DNA from: Podarcis gaigeae
Lineage: Eukaryota
Strand: one strand, 5' to 3'
DNA: 64,000 nucleotides
Assembly: GCA_964106915.2 (NCBI GenBank)
Contig: OZ066914.1
A program made the position numbers and the translations under genes. Of this stretch, positions 49,901 to 63,283 are shown one piece after another. Position 1 is the stretch's first letter, and each line of letters begins with the position of its first letter. The notes under the pieces are model-generated. The model saw nothing but the letters and a program-made list of their open reading frames with translations, did not search any database and was not told the DNA's origin.

Positions 49901-52900
49901 CAGTATTCCCTATATGACACCTACTGGAATCAAGTAACTGCCTGCAAAAAAGGTAAAATGCAGTTTACTTAAAAAAAAAATCCATTTTATCTTACTGGAC
50001 CAGATAAATACATTTTGAAAGAAAAAGCAAAGAATTCTGGGTTACCTGAAGAAAAACAATCTATTGTTTTGCCATTGTTGGGTGAAATATTAATGACCAT
50101 CACTAAGGGGACCATCACTTATTAGCTATCAAGCCTAAAAATACATATTTAAATTTTTGTTTTGGGATGCTATTTGCTCCCTGCCAGTTCAAGTTTTAAC
50201 ATTATTTCATTGGTCAGAATATCAGTTTATTTACTCTGAATGTTATCACTGCATGGTTCCCAATGTAAACACTTCCGCTGAATGCTGCATAGCTGTTTGT
50301 GTGCTGAAGGTAAACTAATGCTTTGGTATGGAATTGAAGGGAAGGATGTTAGGATCCACTATTCAGGAAGAACTTTCTGGGTCATGACCTTTTTCGTAAG
50401 CTGCTTGGCCTCTGGGGCATTGTTAAGGGGTGGCCCAGAGGGACACAACCCCCTGCTCATTTGCATGGGGCCCTAGATTTCCTGCCTTTCACCCCCACTT
50501 AAAAAATAAAAATAAAAGTTTGCTTACAGGGTGGCTTTCCCTCCGAAGAGCTGCCACAAGTTTGCATCTATGCACATAAACCAGCATATGCAAATTTTAT
50601 GCAGATTTACACCATGGACCTGTGTCCCCATATCTAAAGCACCCAGCAATACTCAAAAAGCTTCTGACACTCTGGGAAGGTGACTCTTTAATACAGGCAT
50701 GGCTTTTTCAAAGAGGAAAACATGTAAAGGGGTAAAGGAAGTAACCCTTGTCAACTCAAGTTTTGTTTTTGGGCTGAAATAAGTCCCCTGTCAAAGTCAC
50801 ACACATGCTGAGATTGTTAAAAGTTCAGGGATAGACATGGAATCAGCATCGTGTGCTAAAATGGTAAACTATTAAGATCGGTTTATCAAATTTAGATGTA
50901 GGGCACACAAGATTACTTTAATGGCAAGATCTGGGATGTGGGAGAAAGAAGGGAGCTAAGATTTTAGAACAAGAGAATATACTATGGAGGAGAAGAATGT
51001 CAGCAGCTTGCCTCATCAAGTACTGACAAATGGAATGTGAGAACTGCTCCTTAGATGAAAGGAGGCAGACGGAACAATTCAACTAATGGGATCACATTGA
51101 GCTAATGGGATCACTCTGACTTGCTTGGCTTCTGTGGGCATATGTCAAAATGCTAATGTTATTTTAAGGTAGTTTCTTTTATTTGTATATTCACTAGCAG
51201 TCGGCCATGACAGGTTTGGAGAATTTTGAGGCAGTTAAAACACATCCACATACTTTAAAAGTTGTAGGACAAAAAAAGCTAACTCCCTGAAAAGAGAGAA
51301 AGAGGATGGGGTAGGGGGGTGTGGGAGTGAACACAGAAGTCAGGCCCCCTTTCACTAGTTCTCCACTAAAACCCTAGGCTTAAACTCCCCTCAGTCTGAA
51401 AAACAACAACAAAACCTCATTTGAGGGTTTGGACTGCTTGTAAAGTGAGCAAACCTGCTGCTGAAAAAACCTTTTTTTAAAAAAACAACTTTAGCAGGCT
51501 GACACGAAGCCTGACCTGAGGTATGCAAGCAAAGCAGCTTACAAAGCCCACCAAGTACAATGGAGCCAACTTGCTCCTAAAGCACGTTTAGGGTGGCAGC
51601 CTTAACATGCATGCAGAGAGCAGTGTTTTTCCGGTATTCCCATCATGCTCTGCTGGTATTTTTAAGCTCAGTGATGAGTGCTAGTAGGGAAAAAAGTGTT
51701 TCTGGAACTCGACGCCTCTCTGTTCCTGCCCACTTCCTGTACCGTGGGTGCTTTTTAGGATTATAAAAGTCATGAACCACAATTCAATTAAGAAAATGGT
51801 TGCATAACCCAACTTGGATTTTGCACAACTGTGGCAAGTTTCCCTGTTTCTGATTTATGTAAATAACAGAACCTTCCGACACCAGAATTCCTGGCATTCG
51901 TTTAATTAACTCCTTTAAACAACCAATCACTTAAACACTTTTCTAACTCTTAACAAAACACATGTATGGGTATCTCCTCAGAAGCAAATCCCACTGAGTT
52001 CAATAGGCCTGACTGCCATAATACAGGATGTACAGTCTAAGCATATATGGCACAGATCTTGGATTCTCACCATACTCAACATGCCACTATCATCACTTCC
52101 TGGTACTGCTGATTCCACACTTTGGCCACCACATTTTGAAGCTGGTTCGCAAGCTATTCAGAGTCACTCATTTCAAAAATTCTTACACCCAGGACATTTC
52201 TCTGTAGGGGGGTTGGCATGAAATCAGCAGGTAAATTGTCCTGTCTCGTGATCTTATATACCAAACTGCTACATACATAGGTAATAAGAAGCCACAACTG
52301 ATTATAGTTTCCTAGCCTGCAACACAACACAGACATACAAGTGGAAAAATGGCATCCAATGTTGTCAGATATGATGCTGTGCTAATCCTGCACTCTCCCC
52401 ATCACCCCCGTTTCTGTGTACCATCTGCAAGTAGTTGTATGTAGAGCAAATGCTTTCTTCTTTATAATTTTGTAAATCTGGCTACGGTCACTAAAATCCT
52501 GTGAAACGTAACATCTTAGAGAGGCCATTCAGTAAAAGCCTGGGGTCACTGAGCTCCGCCCTGGAAACCTAAAGATCTGATAAGATTACTTGTATTATCT
52601 ACAACATCATTAGCTTTAATACGACTAGTGGTTAAACATAGATAAGCTTTTGAGATACTATTGTTATATTCTATCTTGTAACAGTGGGCAACCTATTGTG
52701 ACTTCACACTGGTCTGCTTTGAAACACTGCTCTTCTTTCTTACGATTATCCTCTCAAAGAACAGGCAAAAAAGAACTTAAAGAAGCTTTTTCTGGTGCAA
52801 GTAAATGAAATACCACATGAAAACCAATATGAGCAAATCTGAGGTTCCTACCCCACAACTTGAAGTTGAAAACAAATTGCCCAACCAACTTAAAGACTAA

Positions 52901-53231
52901 CAAATTTATCGTGGTTTGTGAATTTGTGAATTCGAGTTGACTTCATCAGCTGCATGAAATGTAAGTTGTCAGATATACATGATTGGGGCGAGGGGAGAAA
53001 GAAATGTAGAGATGATGACAATTACATCAAAAGTTAAATGCAGCTAAATTTGTGTACATTCACAAATCAGTGTTGTGGATGATGCACCATTCCTGCAATG
53101 GTAAAATAATTAATACTAGCAGTAAAATAATGATGTGGCAAAATGCACTAATTGATCACACAACTTAATGTAGCACAAATAATTTATGAGGTACACTAAC
53201 AAATTTCAAATCTGCTAAACACTTCAAAGTA

Positions 53232-53446
53232 CAGTGGTACTTCGGGTTCCAGGCGCTTCAGGTTACAAACTCCGCTAACCCAGAAATAGGACCTCGGGTT
53301 AAGAGCTTTGCTTCAGGATGAGAACAGAAATTGCACGGTGGTAGCGGGAGGCCCCATTAGCTAAAGTGGTACCTCAGGTTAAGAACAGTTTCAGGTTGAG
53401 AACGGACCTCCAGAATGAATTAAGTTCTTAACCCGAGGTACCACTG
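53232..53446. mobile_element. Tc1/mariner-superfamily MITE, same family
   Basis: TA|CAGTGGTAC...GTACCACTG|TA; internal sequence shared with 37550-37791. Confidence 0.9.
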
Positions 53447-55051
53447 TACACTGATTGCTACTCAATTTTCATTGTTAATAAATAAATAAATACTTAAATG
53501 TTTTCCTAGTTCAAATGGCAGGAAAATGCAGACCTTATGACCTCTTGGTGTGCTATGTGGTGAGTTCCCATAGAACAAGATTATTCTTTAATACCCATTT
53601 ACAGGAGCCAAACATAATAACTTCTTTATAATTATTAAATGTGATAATACCAACTATTGGTATATCTGTCGAAACATTTTAATGTCTTGCAGATGTGGTG
53701 GTAAGATTTTCTCTCTAAGGAAAGCCCAAAAGTGCACCAGACCCTTCCCTGTCTTTTGGAATTGGCATTGCGGGGTAGGTAGGAAACCTGTAGCCTTCTA
53801 GATGTCATTGGACTTCAATTTCCACCAGCTCAGAGATTATGCGATATGCAGTCAATACCTGGAGGGCCACAGGCTCCCCATCCTGGCATATGAAATGGGA
53901 AGGAACTCAAAAGTCAGCCAGTTCAATCAATCCCTAGCTGTGAAGAAGGAAGAACCTTTCATATTTTCACCCAGCCCTAAATCTACCCAAGTGCCTTACA
54001 GTGCAGTCCCATTCATATCTATTTAGAGGTCCCACCAATTTCAATGAAACTTACTCTCAGGTCTGCAGCGTAAGACTCACCAAGGATTTTGGCAGTTTTA
54101 GGGGAGGATTCACAAGAGGAAGCGGTGCTCAACCCGGGCATGGAAATATTCAGTTTTGGGTCCCAGCGCAGGGTGCAGGACAGGCATTCACAAGAGAGAA
54201 TCAGTGGGTAGAGGAAGAGTCACAAACCCTCCTGCCAATTCACTCTTGTTAGTGTGACCTCCAATCTCTCCATTAGCATTACAAAAGAAGCACAGGGTTT
54301 GGAACCCCACGTTCCTCTTAGAAATTCCTCTTAGAATTTCGAGTTCTGTCCTAACCAATCTCACTAACAGAAAAACAAACATTCAAAACACGACAGGAAT
54401 AAAAACACCTTCCTGTCTGCATTGCTCAGAGGAGGACTAAAAGTCTTCTTCCCTTCACCGTTACTCCCCGCCCCTCCTCCCACCAGTCACAGAACATCTA
54501 AATGTGTATTTTGTGCTGAAATATGTATTAAATTAGGGATTTAGTACAAGAACACTGATAAAAGAACAGAACATAGGATTGGGAGAACCAAGACTTAACC
54601 TCTTTTTTTGTATAGCCAGAACACCACCAAAAACTAAAATGCACAAAAGGGCATCACAAGTGGATACTGACTTAAAAAAACCAAACAAAACCAAAACCCT
54701 AAACAACACGCTTGGCAATTCCTTACTTTTTCTTTATTTCATTTAAATTGTGTGATATCAAGTTGCACTGGGTTAGGTTCTTTCATATGAAGTGAATAAA
54801 TCGAGACATATCACATTGTGTTCCACGGCGCAGAGAAGGTAAACAAAGACCTCTTCTTTATGGCAAAGCAGAAAAAGATAATTCGTTCCCCGCCTTTAGC
54901 CTCCCACCCTGTACACATCTGATGGGTCTTTTGTGGAGAAGGCAATCTGAAGCATAAAAATGAGACTGTCAAGCCCAGATACCTTTTCCATTCTGAATGA
55001 TGGAAAAATCTATGTCACACACACTGCTAGTAAAAATGAGAATTGCTTGCT

Positions 55052-55054
55052 TGC

Positions 55055-55090
<36 letters not shown>

Positions 55091-55103
55091 GTGTGTGTGT
55101 GTG
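55052..55103. repeat. Compound (TGC)n(TG)n microsatellite
   Basis: Direct read. Confidence 0.95.
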
Positions 55104-55907
55104 ATTATTGCATCAGGTGATTTTCATTTGTATATTTCATATTCACTCCAAAACTGGTATGAAGAAAATAAAATAGAATATTAAACAAGGAACTTAATAT
55201 TAAATGAAATCTGAATAGTTACATGGGCAGGCTTGAAACCTTTCTTAGTTTCTGTGTGTGTACAGAAGTCTGCAGTTGAGTAAGGGAGGGATATAAAAAA
55301 CACCATTCTACTTAAAATACTTTCTTTATAGCAGGTCTTGCTTTGCACATGGAAATGTCAGATCTGCATGTGAAAAAAAAATACATAAGAGACAACAATA
55401 AGATATAATTTTTTTCTTGCTGGTAATAACTGGGGGGGGGGGAGGGGGAGAAATCATAGTGTTTCACCCAGACTTGGCCATACTGAAGAGTAGACCCATT
55501 CATTTCAAAGGGGTCTAATGTAGGTATGACTAACAGAATAATCCAACCCCCAACAGAGATGGGTTGAGCAGAGGCACCTCTCCGCTCAGCTGACCTCCTG
55601 CCAACTCCTGAACATGTGACTGGGAGGCACCTTGGTGCACTTTACACCACCACCAGACAGCTGAAATCCTCAAAATGGGGCATTGGGATCAGGACTGAGG
55701 TAGCCCAGGATCTGCTGAATGCTGAGCCAGTCACACTGCTGTTGCACAGTAGAATCAGGCCTGATCTGGACTCAATCGCTGCATCCTGCCCTCCATCTTC
55801 TGCTGGGGCTGCCATAAGGGTCTGGGATGCCAGCAGTGGGTGGGGTTTTAGAGTGTACCCTATGACTGGCTACAACTCATAGTACAACAGGTCATGAAAG
55901 CCAATTC

Positions 55908-56158
55908 AGAAGAAGAAGAAGAGTTTGTATTTGATATCCCGCTTTATCACTACCCAAAGGAGTCTCAAAGAGGCTAACAATCTCCTTTCCCTTCCTCCCC
56001 CACAACAAACACTCTGTGAGGTGAGTGGGGCTGAGAGACTTCAGAGAAGTGTGACTGGCCCAAGGTCACCCAGCAGCTGCATATGGAGGAGCGGAGACGC
56101 GAACCCGGTTCCCCAGATTACGAGTCTACCGCTCTTAACCACTATACCACATTGGCTC
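55908..56158 (-). mobile_element. tRNA-derived SINE (Squam3-like), second copy
   Basis: Reverse complement of 3088-3340, with a short (CTT)n tail. Confidence 0.85.
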
Positions 56159-57129
56159 ATTAGGACTTTAGCACACAACGCTTTACTTGGCTTCTTCACC
56201 ATACCAAAACCATTTGTGTTTAGGCACCATATTAAAACTTGACCTCCTCTAGTGGTATTATCAACTTTTATACTGATACTGACTCTTCTGCAATCGTACT
56301 ATTTAACTGGGGATGATTTGACACATTTTATTACGATTGTTTTGCGTGTTTTATTTTGCAAGCTGCCTTAGAAATCTTAAGGCTGTAAGGCAGGATAAAA
56401 ATGCTTCTACAGAAACACATTTCTATCACTTCTATCACTGTCAGCAGAAGGGCACAACTGGATACCACCCTATCTGTTTAACAAATTAAGAAATACCAGG
56501 AAACTGTTACTTCCATTATTGGTTCCTGTCATCGCAGTAATTTATAGTTCTACTCCCTCCTTCTCTTATATCCCTCTTATTAGACTGGAGGGCCTGCAGT
56601 TAGGGATTGATGTACATTTTTATTTATATTAAGTACACACTAAACACTTCACAAATAATAAATGATGACGTCCCTGGACATCTCTCCCCTTGCTAATGGG
56701 TACTTTTTGCACACAGTAAAGATGTTACCTGTGAAAGGCAACATGATGGAAGTTTTAGGTGCCCAGGCTTTTTATGTCAGAAGGGCACTTAATCTTCTGA
56801 AAAATGTTATTGGATAAATCTTAACATATGACTTGGAGGTCCTTCTAGACCTTTACACTCTTAACCCCCCCCCCCCAAAAAAACCTATGATGAAGTGTGT
56901 CCCTTCTTCTTCAAGAGAACTCTTCCCCCCACACCAGATTTAGGAAAGCCAGTTCCCAGCTACCGTCGCACTCGTATGTCTGGTTCAGTTTTCAGTGGTG
57001 GCCCTTGAGTTCTGGGAGAGAAAGCAAAGAGACCACATTCTGAGAAAGTAAATTCCATGATGTTTTAAATGTTTTCCTTTCGCAACTTGAATATTAGGGG
57101 CAAATGTTATTAGAGCAGCATTAAAAAGT

Positions 57130-57284
57130 AGGTCGAGTCACGGACGAATCTGGGTTGCGGCTCTGGGGTTGCGGCGCTCATCTCGCCTTATTGGCCGAGG
57201 GAGCCGAAGTACAGCTTCTGGGTCATGTGGCCAGCATGACTAAGCCGCTTCTGGTGAACCAGAGCAGCACACGGAAACACCGTT
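57130..57284 (-). mobile_element. Sauria SINE fragment
   Basis: CTCTGGGGTTGCGGCGCTCATCTCGC...GGAAACACCGTT matches the 3' half of the other copies; small internal duplication. Confidence 0.85.
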
Positions 57285-58163
57285 AGAAAGCAGCATCTTC
57301 TAGGGAAAAAAGAAGATGGGGTGGGGAGGAGGCCAGTGCAAAGTACCAGTCTAGATTGAGAAAGCAGTGCCAAAATGTCATTGCAAAGCTCATTTTCCTC
57401 AATAAAATGGGAGGGAGCCAGCCAGCATTAAGCACACTTTTAAAGAAGAATAACGAATGCTATCATGTGTAGATTGGCCATTAGAGAGGCAATGATGATT
57501 TAGCAAAGCTGACAGGTGTGTAAAAGCTCAAACCGCTTGCGACTGGAGACCCCGGGGAAACAGGGACTTAAAGAACTTGGGATTCATTGGATGTTTAATG
57601 GTAGAAAATAGAGAAGTGTAAGTGGCCTGAATGAAAGGACTGAGTATGGAAAGGAGTTGGAATTTATGTCCCATAGTGCAGCAGGAAGAGGAAGTGACTT
57701 GGCACATTTTAAGTACCGGTAAGTGAATACAGGAGGTGCTGAGAGAGACCGAAAGGTGAAAGGAGGAAGCAGGATATATTTGGTTTTCGGTTGTTGTTTT
57801 TTACTCTTGGCATCTACTGGTCTGGGAAGGCTCCTGCCTGGACAATTATCAATCAGATAAACTAACCTGTTTATCAAGCCTCTTTTTAAGGGCATAGATC
57901 TGGTCAAAGGTCTTGAATAATGAGGCCACTTACAGGCTGTTTTTCCCCCTTAAAAATAAAATAAAATTTAAGAGCCTCCACCTTGAGTATCCCCCACAGT
58001 TCTAGAATATATGCAGTTGGAATATGAGTATTTCTTTACAGATTTGGGCATAAGGGAGATCCCCTGATCTCAGGTGCGGGAGCCACTAGCTACAAAGGAT
58101 ACAATGAAGCTTTGCTTTGCAACTTGCAGGGATCCATAAAATTTTAACAGTCCTCTGTCCATG

Positions 58164-58166
<3 letters not shown>

Positions 58167-58205
<39 letters not shown>
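58167..58205. repeat. (CT)n microsatellite
   Basis: Direct read. Confidence 0.95.
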
Positions 58206-58208
<3 letters not shown>

Positions 58209-58537
58209 GGTGTGGTTGTGTGGGTGTGGGTGTAAGTGATATTTTTCTTGCTATAGGAAATGGAAATAAAGTTAGAACTTTGAAATGCACTAATTTTAAA
58301 CATACCTGTGGCATTTATTGCCCTAAGAAAAGAAATAGATATGATGGTTTGGACCCACAAACCACCGACGGAACACCACTTCCAAAATGTCCTCCCTGTT
58401 GCAGCCCCTTGCACACATGCACACACCCATTGGGACCCTTGTGAAAGGTGTGGCACATGGTGCAAGCGTCTGCAGATGGGGGCGGGGAGTTGGCAGCAGT
58501 CATGAAGCCCCTTGAGCAAGGGGAAGTGCCTTCCACT

Positions 58538-58600
58538 TATAGAATCATAACATTGTACAGTTGAAGGGGACCACGAGAGTCATCTAGTCCAAACCCCTCC
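58538..58600 (-). mobile_element. CR1 extreme 3' tail
   Basis: atagaatcata...gtcatctagtccaaaccc is the reverse complement of the CR1 terminus. Confidence 0.6.
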
Positions 58601-58814
58601 AGTTGTGTGATGGCCCCCTGGAACCTACACAATGCATATGAAGAACAGGCCCTCCAAAGTCTCTTAAACAACTTAAAACATACAGGCATGAAACACAGAA
58701 ACATGACCAAGGAGGAATTTTTTTCTTTATCCACCTAAAGCCTTCTTAAAAAATAAAATAAAGCTATAATATGCTGGCACACCTTTATTTTAAGAAGACT
58801 CTTACTTTTGTATA

Positions 58815-59059
58815 CAGTCATACCTTGGTTTCTGAACAGCTTAGTTCTCGAAAGTTTTGGCTCCCGAACGGCGCAAACCCAAAGTGATTGTTCCGGTTTG
58901 CAAACTACTTTTGGAAGCTGAACATCCGACAGGACTTCTGCAGCTTCCGATTGGATGCAAGAGCTTCCTGCAGCCAAGCGGAAGATGCACTTTGGTTTCT
59001 GAACGTTTTGGAAGTCGACTTGTGGAACAGATTCCGTTCCAACTTCCAAGGCACAACTG
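58815..59059. mobile_element. Tc1/mariner (Tigger-like) MITE, different family
   Basis: TA|CAGTCATACCTTGG ... CCAAGGCACAACTG|TA imperfect TIRs. Confidence 0.7.
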
Positions 59060-59810
59060 TACTTTACTTCGGTAAACGTTTTGTTTTTTTATTACACAGG
59101 AGAATGAATTTTTTTCCAGTACCAACCCAGCCTTTGCACAACACTCAGGGTTTTTATGATTTGCATTAATCACCACCTCAGGAATAAAGTGGTTAGAAAA
59201 TTAGAACAGTTTAACTGGCAACATTGTAAGCAACATTGTAACTCCTAACTGTCATGCAAAGTTTTGTTTCAGGAATGATTTTCAGGTATTGAATCAGGCT
59301 GAATGGCACCTTGTCCTGAGTCACAACACAAAGAAAGAACTTGCCTGTCTTCATTCCCAGCCAACTTTTTCTTGGCTCATGAGCCTGAGGTAGATTCCTT
59401 TCTGTTTTTCTCCACCCCCACTTTTTCCTTCTTTAGATTAAATAGATTTTTATAATTTTGGGGGGTAACCCCGTGGTTTTTTGTTTTTTTTAAGGAATAA
59501 AAAGAAGAATCATCAAATAGAAATACAGCAGTCTCTGGATAAAAAACATGCTCAAGGAACCATTGTGTGATTATAAGAAATTTTTCCTCATTGAAATGGC
59601 TTTGAACTTCCATGCTACAACAGTTGTGAAACCCTCAGATCAAGGGTTCCTCTACTGGGCCTACCTCCAGTGGAGGTCAGCCTCCTTCCACATCAGTGGG
59701 CGTCATGAGCCCAATGGAGACATCTTGGCAGGGCTGGTCAGAGGGGAAGCAAGAAAAGGACAAGAGTGCAGAATTGGGGAGGCACTGATCTGGATACTGG
59801 GGAAGGGCCA

Positions 59811-60595
59811 GTTGCGTGTCGAGGTCCCCAAGCCACCCCCAAAATAACTCACAACACACACTTAATTTTTGTTTAAGGTTTTTGGCATAATTTTGGCCAC
59901 AACTTTATTTAAATACAAAACCGTGAGTGGTTGTTTAGGCATTGGTTCCGACTATCTGTGCCCCCGCCTGGGGACAGAACTGACTTCCGGGCACCACCGA
60001 AAGACAGTGCGGGGGAAAGCAAGTCGGGGAGAAATGGAGCTGAGTCACAGACCCTCAATTCTCATCCGCATGCTCCCCGAAGGCTTGCCGGCCCTAGTCC
60101 CATTCCAGGGATTGGACGAAAAGATGGCAAGCCCCAGGATTCCTTTAATGGAATTCCCTTTCCGCAGCAACCATGGAGGGGCAGGCCCAGCCTATCCTAA
60201 CCCCTCCTCCACCAATTTATAACCAATGCCTAACCACAACCTTACAAGTTGTGACGATTTGCTACGCAGTAGGCAAAAACCAAATGGCCCAGCCAATCAG
60301 CCAGATGGACAAAATTCCTACCATGCCCCTGCCCCAACGGCAGACGACCCCATGACAGGCATAGCAAGGTCAATGCAACAACCCCTTACTCAAGGGTGGG
60401 TGGGCGGGTGATCCGTTGCACGCAGCAAAGAGAAAGCTCCAGGATGCATACAGAGTATTTAAACATTTTACCCCTCCCACCAAAATTGCAACGTAACTTT
60501 TACCCCAGGAACCCAGTGAACCAATCACTGCCCCAGGCCATCTTTAGAGACCCTGCCTGGTAACAGAGGGGTGGCTCAGCAGACCCCACCGCAAC
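59811..60595 (-). mobile_element. Probable terminal-repeat/non-autonomous piece of a tyrosine-recombinase (DIRS/Ngaro-like) or LTR retroelement
   Basis: CpG-rich block bounded by GTTGCG...CGCAAC with no TSD. The minus strand has TTTAAATA, CCCGCCCACCCACCC and AATAAAGTTGTGGCC near the end. Confidence 0.45.
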
Positions 60596-60897
60596 ACGTG
60601 CTCTCCATGAAGGAGAACACGCTTTGGGTATGTAGGGGAGAGGCTGGCCCAAGTGACATCAGATGCCCTGACCAGCACCTTAGAGCTGCCTGACTTGTCT
60701 CTTGGCTTGTAACTTTGATACATTTTTTTCTTGTCCTATATAGTTTCTCCCTAAAATATGCATCTGAGAAACTGAATTCAGGGATATTATTACCCTGACC
60801 CTTTTCTCGCTTTTTGTATTCCTAGGAATAATAACACAATAGGGGGGGAAAACCACATTTCATTGGACACTGCTTTTTCAGTAAAAAATTACATTAC

Positions 60898-60992
60898 CTG
60901 TAATAAATGCGAAGGGTCTGGAGCTCTTCTTCTAGTTCTTTATACTGTTGAACAGCTGCCTCTCTTTCTTGTTGCATAGCCATCAATTTTTC
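60898..60992 (-). CDS. MIPOL1: MIPOL1 internal coding exon (95 bp), EKLMAMQQEREAAVQQYKELEEELQTLRIYY(S)
   Basis: Not in the ORF track; read by hand. Minus strand: ctttctctttgtag|GAAAAATTGATG...TATTACAG|gtaatgt. The peptide matches recalled human MIPOL1 AKLLSMQQARETAVQQYKKLEEEIQTLRVYYS. It ends in phase 2 (AG) and joins the T at 37317 to make Ser. Confidence 0.93.
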
Positions 60993-61204
60993 CTACAAAG
61001 AGAAAGCCAGTTTAATTTCCCCCCTTCCAAGAGGCCAAAATAACAAAAAAAGTTACTTTATACACAAAAGTTGGCATTGTGTTCCATGCAAATGCCTTGA
61101 AGAGCAACCCTATGCATGCTTACTTGTATGTAAGTCCCACTGAGTTCACTGGGGCTTATTCAGGTAAGTGCCTTTCAGGTAAGTGCCTGCAGGATTCAAT
61201 CTAG

Positions 61205-61396
61205 AGGCCTGCTGGATCACACTGAAGGCCAATCTAGTCTAGCTTACTGTTTCCAACAGTGGCCAATTAAATGTACCTGAGAAGCTCAGAAACAGGACAT
61301 GATTGCAATGGCAGTTTCCTGCTGGTGCTCCCAGCAATGGATATACAGAGGCATACTGCAGAGGTGGCATATAAGCATAATGACTAGTAGACCACC
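61205..61396 (-). mobile_element. Old CR1-type 3' UTR fragment
   Basis: gcctgctggatca...ctagtctagc...aacagtggcca; reverse-complement similarity to 63830-64000. Confidence 0.5.
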
Positions 61397-61539
61397 TTGG
61401 ATGCATTAGCAGAATTGAGCTGTTGTCCTCAACAATTCATTCTAACTATTCTTTTTTAAATATAATCTAGCAAAGAGATCTCAGGAAAAGCTTGGCAGTC
61501 AGTGTAAATGTTGTAGCAGAGGTGTCGGATGCTGTAGAC

Positions 61540-61667
61540 CAGGCATGGCCAAACATGGCCCTCCAGGTGTTTTGGGACTACAACTTCCTAGCTAACAGGA
61601 CCAGTGGTCAGGGATGATGGGAATTGTAGTCCCCAAACCGCTGGAGGGCCAAGTTTGGCCATGCCTG
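61540..61667. mobile_element. Palindromic hAT-type MITE
   Basis: TIR CAGGCATGGCCAAAC; degenerate TSD ctgtagac/ctataggc. Older relatives lie at ~14770-14900, 18280-18420, 22325-22430, 22640-22760, 25760-25890, 36350-36470, 43430-43565, 47104-47235 and 53775-53887. Confidence 0.85.
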
Positions 61668-63247
61668 CTATAGGCTATTAGCAGTCTAGCTCACTGAGTT
61701 CTGCACCAGATGGGAGTTTTTGAACGAGGCACAGGGGCAGCCCCACACAGACCACGTTGCAGTAATCCAGACTCTAGGTTACCATTACATGAATTGGGCC
61801 CCAAAGCCAAACAGAACCAATGTAGCTGCTGTAAATTTAATGCAATTATTATTATTATTATTATTATTAGCTCCAAGCTTATTCCACTCAACAACCTGGA
61901 AGCCTCATTCTATAACAACCGAAGTGTCCAAACATTTTTCAAAGGCAATCTCGCCTAGAGCATTCTTGTGTCCTGTCTGGTTGTGAAGTATGCAAAAAAT
62001 ACCATGGCTAAATCATTGTATCTGTGGGTTCCTTTTCGCACAGCACTCTTTCAGGCATTTACCTTATCCAATCCCACAGAATGTATTCCTGATAGAAGAG
62101 TACTGCAAGGAAAAGGTGACCAGATGCAATATCTCACAATAATTTTGTTAGGATAGCCCTACTGTTAGGTAGAGTGAGCTGTTGCTATAGGCAGCAGGTG
62201 AGGACAGAGCCTGTCTCCCTGTGCCTCAGGTATGGTGGGCCTCTACCTCATCTCCTCTGTTGAAGTATGATTCAGCTACCGGTCTATTCAGCTTTTCTAC
62301 AGGGCACCATCTTATCCTTCACCCCCAGACAGCAAAATGTACTGAGCCAGCCTTGCAGCTCTGAAACAACACCATACTAAGCAGAGGATGAGGTAACAAT
62401 GCACGCCTGGCCAAGGAAATTGCTCTAAAACTCGAGGTGCTTGCTTCCTCTGTTAAATGTGCACAATGGCATTTACTCTGCTTCCATGAACAGGCAAACA
62501 GTTGATTCCTGGAATTAAGCAGTTAAAATTCCATTTGCAGGTTGAGCCATTTATGTGTTGAACCTTTTAGGCTCACAGATATAAAACCACAAAAGAATGT
62601 TAGCCAAACCAAGCTATTTTTTATAATTATACTGTACTGTTTGTGAACCAATCTTCTTAAATATTGGGGAAAACATGCCTGAATCAAAGTAGGTGGGTTG
62701 TTCCAAGAGGCCAATAATTAACATCCTTGACAATTTTCAGTGTACTGTGAACTGCAATTGAAACGTAGACTGGAAGGAAATGTTTGTAGCAGACACACCC
62801 ACTCACCAAGAGATTACCAGTTCGATTCTTTAGAGAGGTATCACACCTGATATCCTTTTAGGATAAAGGTCAGGAGATGTAGGTTTGGATTCTCCTTTCA
62901 CTTAAACCCATACTGGTCTGGTACTACTTCACAAGATTAGCTTCTAGTTTATTGCAACATAAGAGAAGGGAGAATTGACGTAAATGGATTCAAGGCAATC
63001 AGTCCCTGAGAAAGAGGAAAAAATAATAATACTAGGCTTGCAGTTAATCTCCTGAGTATAATGTGTAGGATGGGAGCCGAATTCTGGTAAGGCAGAGACA
63101 ATAGCAAACATTCCAATCTGGGATTTAGGTGCCTGCTACCTGTGACAGAAGCCCAATCCTCACTAAGGTGGTAAACCTGTGTCTTGGTTGTAGCATCTCA
63201 GATGAAGAGGGGGACACATACAAATACAAATAAACCAGCATCCATAT

Positions 63248-63270
63248 GTTGTTGTTGTTGTTTAGTCGTT
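63248..63270 (-). mobile_element. 23-nt inverted BovB 3' tail
   Basis: gttgttgttgttgtttagtcgtt is the exact reverse complement of 63748-63770. Confidence 0.9.
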
Positions 63271-63283
63271 ATCATATGGAGCA

